Positions 58,462-64,000 of a stretch of 64,000 nt of DNA are shown here, piece after piece (position 1 is the stretch's first letter; every line of letters begins with the position of its first letter). The stretch lies in NCBI GenBank assembly GCA_963766715.1, contig CAVYBH010000015.1:364756-428755 (forward strand). The letters run 5' to 3'. The position numbers and the translations under genes were made by a program. The notes under the pieces were generated by a model. That model saw nothing but the letters and a program-made list of their open reading frames with translations. It was not told where the DNA came from and made no database searches. The DNA is from an uncultured delta proteobacterium. Its GTDB lineage: Bacteria > Myxococcota > Myxococcia > Myxococcales > Anaeromyxobacteraceae.

Positions 58462-59745
58462 TCAGGGCAGCTGGAAGGTGGCCGCCAGGCCGGCGTGGTC
58501 TGAGGGATGCAGCCCGGAGCGGGTCCGGTCGCGCACGCCGGTGCGCACGAGGGCGGTCGGGCGGAGTTCCGGGGTCGAGAGGACGAGATCGAGCCGGGTC
58601 GTGAGCCGGCCCCCGCGCAGCGTCTCGTCGAACCCCCAGGTGAAGCCCCAGTCCCCAGGGTGGAGGACCGTCCACGCGTCGCGCAGCGGTGAGATCCCGT
58701 CGAGCGACGGGTCGAGCGGGAACGCGCCGCCGGTGAGGAAGGCGTACGTGGCGGGAGCCGGGTCGTCCGGCTCGACGTAGGCGTTGAAGTCGCCCAGCAC
58801 GATGGTGGGGAGGGTCGAGGCCGGGTCGAGGTAGACGGCGTCCACGATCGCCACGAGCTGCGCGTCCTGGAGCGCCTGGAAGTACCAGGGCGGCAAGCCG
58901 ATCGCGGCAAGGGACGGGAAGGTGTCCTCCACGTGGGACGCGAAGACGCGCACCCAGCGCCCTTCCCGCTCGACCTCGACCGCCGTCCAGCCGCGCCAGC
59001 TGTACACCGGCTCGGTGCTATCACCAACCGTGAAATAGGCGGTGGCCGGTGCGCCGGTCGCGAGGGCAACGGCGTAGAGGCCGCCATTGCGGTCGCCGCG
59101 AGCGGGACCCACCGGAGCGGGCACGAAGCCCGGGAGCGGCTGCCCCGCCGGAAGGGTCGGGGCGCGCCAGTGGACCCCCCTTCGGACCAGGATCACGTCG
59201 CGGTCGGTGTAGCGAAGGTCGCGGAGCGTGGCCGGATCGCCCGGATCGCCGATGCAGAGCTCGGCGTCCATCGAGGTCACCTGGGCCGCGACCTCGTAGT
59301 GAAGCCCTTCCCGGGCGAGCGCGCGCTGGAGGATCTCCAGGAAGTCGAAGGCCACGAGGCGGGCGACGGGCGTGACGGGACCTCCGGCCAGGCAGGCGGC
59401 CGGGAAGCCGAGGCTCCAGGTGGTCACCTCCTGGAGCGCCAGGACGTCGGGCAAGGCGTCCAGGACCTCGCCAGCGATGGCGGCCGCGCGCTCCGGGAAC
59501 CGGGTTGCCTGGACCGTGGCCCAGGCCTGGTTCGCGACGACGAGCGCCTCCTCCGGGCCGGCCGCATCGGCGACTGCGAGGATGTCCGCGCCCAGGTACA
59601 GGTTTCGGGTCATGACCTCCAGGCTGGCTTCCCGCCGCCGGACCTCTTCCAGGCCGGGCGGGACCGACGCTCCTCCGGGATCGGTGCTCCACGGCGTGCC
59701 ACATCCGACGGCGAGGATGGCCATCGCGAGGATCGTTCGTCGCAT
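58462..59745 (-). CDS. Endonuclease/exonuclease/phosphatase family lipoprotein
   Basis: Lipobox AVGC; VMTRNLYLG, LQEV, GDFN, DAW, SDH motifs. Confidence 0.85.
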   Translation of the reverse strand: MRRTILAMAILAVGCGTPWSTDPGGASVPPGLEEVRRREASLEVMTRNLYLGADILAVADAAGPEEALVVANQAWATVQATRFPERAAAIAGEVLDALPDVLALQEVTTWSLGFPAACLAGGPVTPVARLVAFDFLEILQRALAREGLHYEVAAQVTSMDAELCIGDPGDPATLRDLRYTDRDVILVRRGVHWRAPTLPAGQPLPGFVPAPVGPARGDRNGGLYAVALATGAPATAYFTVGDSTEPVYSWRGWTAVEVEREGRWVRVFASHVEDTFPSLAAIGLPPWYFQALQDAQLVAIVDAVYLDPASTLPTIVLGDFNAYVEPDDPAPATYAFLTGGAFPLDPSLDGISPLRDAWTVLHPGDWGFTWGFDETLRGGRLTTRLDLVLSTPELRPTALVRTGVRDRTRSGLHPSDHAGLAATFQLP

Positions 59746-59917
59746 GATTTCCCTCCAGGACCGGGGCGGGATCGCCCCCTCGCCCTCCTGACTCGTGGCC
59801 GGCCGTCCTTGTGACCCGGGCGCGACACGACGGGACCGACCCGTCCGGGACGTCACGGACCCCACCCCCGCACGGTCCTCGATCCGGCGGGGCCACCCGG
59901 CGCCGCCCGGGGGGATC

Positions 59918-60451
59918 ATGTACACACTTCGTGAATCCGCAGCGGCGCTCCTGCTCGCGACCTCCGCCTGCTCCTGGGCGACCATGGCGAGGCCTCCCCC
60001 GACGCCGATCGAGCCTATCCCTCCCGTGGCCTGCACCACGAGCCGTCTCGCTCCGGCGCTCGACACCGTGGGCGCCGTCCTCCTGGGCGTGCCCGGCGTG
60101 ATCACCACCGCCTACGGGATCGCGACTCCGGTGTGCAGCGGCTTCTGTCTCCTCCAGCCCCAGTCGAACGGGGACAAGGGCACCCTCATCGCCGTCGGCC
60201 TGATCCTGGCCGGACTCGGGACGGTGGAGGCGATCTCGGCGGCGACGGGCTACTCCTGGGCCTCGGACTGCGAGGGCCTGAAGGAGACCCAGCTCGCCTG
60301 CGTGAGCGGCGTCGAGACCTCCTGCGCGCGCCTCCGCACCCCGCCCCTGCGAGAGGGAGGAAAGGCTCCCGGGGAGGCGTGCGCCGAGGACGTCGAGTGC
60401 CGGAGGGACGATGCTTGCTTCCGGGGGCATTGCCAGCCGCGCACGCCCTGA
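59918..60451 (+). CDS. Hypothetical Cys-rich membrane lipoprotein
   Basis: Lipobox-like TSAC; two hydrophobic helices; C-terminal GEAC..D.EC....AC..GHC module. Confidence 0.6.
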   Translation: MYTLRESAAALLLATSACSWATMARPPPTPIEPIPPVACTTSRLAPALDTVGAVLLGVPGVITTAYGIATPVCSGFCLLQPQSNGDKGTLIAVGLILAGLGTVEAISAATGYSWASDCEGLKETQLACVSGVETSCARLRTPPLREGGKAPGEACAEDVECRRDDACFRGHCQPRTP

Positions 60452-60466
60452 GCCGGCCGCGTGTCG

Positions 60467-61087
60467 TCAGCCCTCGCCGGCCCCCACCCGCTCGGCTCCG
60501 GCGATCCGGCCCTCGACCACGGTCACCCGGTACACGTGCCCGTTCTGGATCCCGTGCAGCGGCCAGGCGGGGGACGACGGGCGGGGCATCGACCCGAGGT
60601 GCTCGGCGAGGAGCGCGCGCATCGACCCACCGTGCATGACCACGAGGAGCGGCGGCGCGAGCAGGCGGGCGGCCTCGAGGACGGCCGGCACGAGCCGGGA
60701 GACGAGCGCCTCGCGGGACTCCCCTCCCGGTGGCGCCGGACCGGGATCGGCGAGGTAGCCGGCCCACGCCTCCGGGTAGCGCGCCGCGACCTCCTCGCGG
60801 GTCAGCCCCTCGAAGCAGCCGAACCGCCGCTCGCGGAGGCCGGCGTCGACCCGTCCGATCTCCAGCCCCAGCGCGCCGGCGACGATCCCGGCGGTCTCCC
60901 GGGCGCGGAGGAGGTCGCTCGACGCGACCGAGGCGATCCCCTCGGCGCGAAGCCGGCCGGCGATGTCGAGGGCCTGCTCGCGGCCGCGGGGGTTCAAGGG
61001 GATGTCGGTCTGTCCCTGCCAGCGCCCCGCGGCGTTCCAGTCGGTCTCGCCGTGGCGGGCGAGGTAGAGGATCACGGGAGCGGCCAT
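60467..61087 (-). CDS. Histidine phosphatase (phosphoglycerate mutase-like) family protein
   Basis: ARHGETDWN, SSDL.RA.ETA, LRE..FG, GGES, HGG motifs. Confidence 0.9.
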   Translation of the reverse strand: MAAPVILYLARHGETDWNAAGRWQGQTDIPLNPRGREQALDIAGRLRAEGIASVASSDLLRARETAGIVAGALGLEIGRVDAGLRERRFGCFEGLTREEVAARYPEAWAGYLADPGPAPPGGESREALVSRLVPAVLEAARLLAPPLLVVMHGGSMRALLAEHLGSMPRPSSPAWPLHGIQNGHVYRVTVVEGRIAGAERVGAGEG

Positions 61088-61135
61088 CGCGCATCGATAG
61101 TAGCCGAGGACCGCCGTCGCGTTAGGAAGTCTGGC

Positions 61136-61798
61136 ATGGCCTACACGCTCTTCATCGGGAACAAGAACTACTCGTCCTGGTCCCTCCGCCCCTGGCTCGT
61201 GCTGCGGCAATCGGGCGTCCCGTTCCGCGAGGAGCTGGTCTCGCTCCAGGAGGACGCCGGAAAGGCGGCCCGGTTCGCCCGCCTGCCCGCGGGACGCGTG
61301 CCGGTGCTCGCCGACGGCGACACCCACGTCTGGGATTCGCTCTCGATCGCCGAGTACCTGGCCGAGCGCCACCCCGGTCTCTGGCCCATCCAGCCGGGCG
61401 CGCGCGCCTGGGCGCGCTCCATCACCTGCGAGATGCACTCCGGGTTCGGGGCGCTCCGGCAGGAGATGACGATGGACGTCCGCGCGCGGCGCCCCCAGCG
61501 GCGGCGCTCGGTGGCGCTCCTGCGGGACATCGCCCGGGTCGAGCAGATCTGGACGGAGACGCGATCCCGCTTCGGCGCGGCCGGTCCCTTCCTCCTGGGG
61601 AGCTTCACCATCGCCGACGCCTTCTACGCGCCGGTGGCCTTCCGCTTCCGCACCTACGGGGTCACGCCGGAGGGCGGCGCCGGGGCCTATCTGAAGACGC
61701 TCCTCGACCTTCCGGCGATGAAGGAGTGGGAGGCGGCCGGCGCGAACGACGAGCGGCTCGCCGACCACGACCTGGACCTTCTCTACCCGGACGATTGA
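61136..61798 (+). CDS. Glutathione S-transferase family protein
   Basis: GNKNYSSWSLRPW, VPVL, WDSLSIAEYL, EMHSGF, ADAFYAPV motifs. Confidence 0.93.
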   Translation: MAYTLFIGNKNYSSWSLRPWLVLRQSGVPFREELVSLQEDAGKAARFARLPAGRVPVLADGDTHVWDSLSIAEYLAERHPGLWPIQPGARAWARSITCEMHSGFGALRQEMTMDVRARRPQRRRSVALLRDIARVEQIWTETRSRFGAAGPFLLGSFTIADAFYAPVAFRFRTYGVTPEGGAGAYLKTLLDLPAMKEWEAAGANDERLADHDLDLLYPDD

Positions 61799-61816
61799 GC
61801 TTCGGGGCCTGCGACC

Positions 61817-62377
61817 CTACCCGGCGTCGGGCGGGTGCTGCCAGACGCTCGGGAAGAGCTGGCAGGCGTCCTCGCCGTTCGCGGTGTAGCCGCGCCGCCC
61901 GTCGAGCCGCGTGGTGAGGACCTGGAAGTCCATCCAGCGCGGGTCCTCGTGCGACGCGTCCCCGATCACGGCGTGGCCGATCTCGTGCACGAGCACCGTC
62001 TGCTCGACGCAGGAGAAGGTGAAGGCCGGGTCACGGGTGGTGAGCCGGATGTCGCCGTCGAAGCAGCCGAAGGCGCCGCGGTGGGAGCCGCAGGCCACGG
62101 TCTGGTTTCCCTCGAAGGTGATCGAGCGGCCGGCGAGGGCGCTCCAGTCGCCGCCCCAGTAGTCGAGCGCGGCCTGGACCGTGCTCTCGACCCGGCTGGG
62201 GAAGTCGGAGGCGCGCGTGAACGGCGCGTCGGACTGGACGAGGATCGACACGTCGCGCACGGCGAAGTCGGGCTGGCGGTTCGCGGCGTTCGGCGACCCG
62301 CAGGACGCGAGCAGGAGGCCGGCGAGCCCGATGGCCCACCGACCCTTCTGCGCGCTCGTGCGTACCCTCCCCGACAT
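61817..62377 (-). CDS. Hypothetical lipoprotein with zincin HExxH motif
   Basis: Lipobox LASC; LVHEIGH motif; four further Cys. Confidence 0.65.
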   Translation of the reverse strand: MSGRVRTSAQKGRWAIGLAGLLLASCGSPNAANRQPDFAVRDVSILVQSDAPFTRASDFPSRVESTVQAALDYWGGDWSALAGRSITFEGNQTVACGSHRGAFGCFDGDIRLTTRDPAFTFSCVEQTVLVHEIGHAVIGDASHEDPRWMDFQVLTTRLDGRRGYTANGEDACQLFPSVWQHPPDAG

Positions 62378-62850
62378 GTGGTGAAGACTAACGAGAAGAG
62401 GGGAGGCGTACTACCCACTGACCGGTGGACAACCCATTGGGGGACCGTGTCCCTTGAACGTGTGACTATGGCCTATCCAGAGCCCATTTCCGCGCAGCCA
62501 CCCGTGACGCCGGTGCGGCCAACCCACCCCGGAAGGAGCACGAATGGGGCCGGGATCGGCCGCAGGATTTATCCCCCTTTCGGCGCAGAGCGCGAGCGCC
62601 TCCGGGCTGCCTGCTTCCTCGCCCGCCACCTCGACCTGGGCGGGCGCGCCGCGATCAGGGCCCCGTCGACCGGGGGGGCGATATCTCCGGTTGGCCCGCG
62701 AGATTCCTCCGGTCCCGAACCCCGGAGCAGGAACGCGGGTCGAAATCCGGCGGCCGGCTGCAAGCGTCCGTTCTTCAAAGATCTTTTGTCGCGCCGATCG
62801 AGACTCCGCCGTGACAGGGCGGAGACAGGCCCGGGCTAGATCCGGGGGTC

Positions 62851-63700
62851 ATGCTCTACCCGGAACTGTTCCGCGACCTCGAGGAAGCGCGCTGGAGCCT
62901 CGCCACCGACGTCCCCTGGGACCGCTTCGATCCCGCCCTGCTCTCCGACGAGCAGGCCCGGACGGTGAAGATGAACGCCATCACCGAGTGGGCCGCGCTG
63001 CCGGCCACCGAGATGTTCCTCCGGGACAACGCCGGGGACGCCGACTTCTCGGCGTTCATGTCGATTCTGGTTCTACGAGGAGCAGAAGCACGCGCTGGTG
63101 CTCATGGAGTACCTGCGCCGCTTCCGCCCCGCGCTCGTGCCCACCGAGGAGGAGCTCCAGGCCGTCCGCTTCCCCTTCGACCCGGCCCCTCCGCTCGAGA
63201 CGCTCATGCTCCACTTCTGCGGCGAGCTCCGGCTCACCCAGTGGTACCGGCGCGCGGCCGACTGGCACACCGAGCCGGTGCTGCGCCACGTCTACGGCCT
63301 CATCGCGCGAGACGAGGCCCGTCACGGCGGCGCCTACCTCAAGTTCATGCGCCGCGCCGTCGAGCGGGATCCGGAGGGGGCGCGCAGGGCCTTCTCGCGC
63401 GTGGGCATCCTCATGGCGAGCGGCGGCCGGACCGGCAAGCCGCTGCACCCCACCAACCTCCACGTGAACAAGGCGCTCTTCCCCCGCGACACGGTCCAGA
63501 GCCGGCTGCCCGACCCGGCCTGGCTCGACCGCTGGCTCGACGAGCAGATCCACTTCGACGCGGAGTGCGAGCAGGGCGTGGTGCGCGCCATCCTGGCGAA
63601 CCTCTCGACCCTCCTCGAGACGCCCGTCCACTCGGTGCGCGAGCTCTCCCGGTACCGGAAGGCGCACGCCGGCGAGACGCTGGGGGCCCACCACGCCTAG
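62851..63700 (+). CDS. Ferritin-like diiron protein (acyl-ACP desaturase-like fold; frameshift ~63064)
   Basis: ITE, EEQKH, CGE, DEARH: E..ExxH..E..ExxH diiron ligand pattern. Confidence 0.8.
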
Positions 63701-63711
63701 AATCGGCGGCC

Positions 63712-64000
63712 ATGACCTCGCCCGCGGCTGCCCTCCTCGCCCTCGGCCTCCTCGCCTCCGACCGTCCCCTCACCGAGCTGCCCTACACGCCCGGTCTCGA
63801 CCCGGCCGCCATGGATTGGTCGATCGACCCGTGCGTCGACTTCTACGCCTACTCCTGCGGCGGCTGGCAGAAGCGCAATCCCATCCCGGCCGACCAGTCG
63901 TCGTGGAGCGTCTACGCCAAGACCGCCACCGAGAACTACCAGTTCCTGTGGGGGCTGCTCGAGGCGGCGGCGGCGAAGCCCGACGCGGAGCGGACCCCGT
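63712..64000 (+). CDS. M13 family metallopeptidase (3' truncated by window edge)
   Basis: MD.SIDPCVDFYAYSCGGW...NPIPADQSSW motif. Confidence 0.88.
   Translation, partial: MTSPAAALLALGLLASDRPLTELPYTPGLDPAAMDWSIDPCVDFYAYSCGGWQKRNPIPADQSSWSVYAKTATENYQFLWGLLEAAAAKPDAERTP

Noticed and set aside
62700..62762. GGGTCGAAATCC as a tRNA T-arm
   Set aside because: No cloverleaf, acceptor stem or CCA could be built

Overview
Very GC-rich bacterial chromosomal segment. Gene content and protein style point to Myxococcota, Anaeromyxobacter-like (inference). About 62 CDS are recognisable; no rRNA, tRNA, CRISPR array, transposase or integrase was seen. Roughly 20 genes, including essential prfA and murA, carry single-base frameshifts. 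I read these as long-read/consensus indel errors, so several coordinates are reconstructed across frames. Main blocks: (1) a multiheme lipoprotein cytochrome with non-canonical CX3-4CH motifs; (2) an operon gpsA / M3 peptidase / 2 ABC permeases / RNase Z / Rsm22(METTL17)-like methyltransferase; (3) a type III PKS / ICMT methyltransferase / ACP / FAAL / FAD oxidoreductase cluster; (4) clpB; (5) back-to-back sigma54 promoters with an IHF site, driving a small Ala/Pro-rich secreted protein and a candidate ~140-nt sRNA; (6) a large futalosine-pathway menaquinone cluster with an MqnA-MqnC fusion, a terminal GbsR-type regulator and a matching palindrome between the divergent arms; (7) an SPFH/RHH pair with a 34-bp operator; (8) prfA-prmC-murA-hisG; (9) a respiratory block of napA, lipoprotein napB, fused ccsBA, a ferredoxin, a Tyr-less octaheme HAO-family cytochrome and a Mo oxidoreductase; (10) a Ser/Thr kinase-TPR receptor coupled to an ECF sigma factor. 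Best novelty candidates: the GbsR-controlled menaquinone regulon, the sigma54 sRNA locus, and an NrfA-independent nitrate-to-ammonium module.
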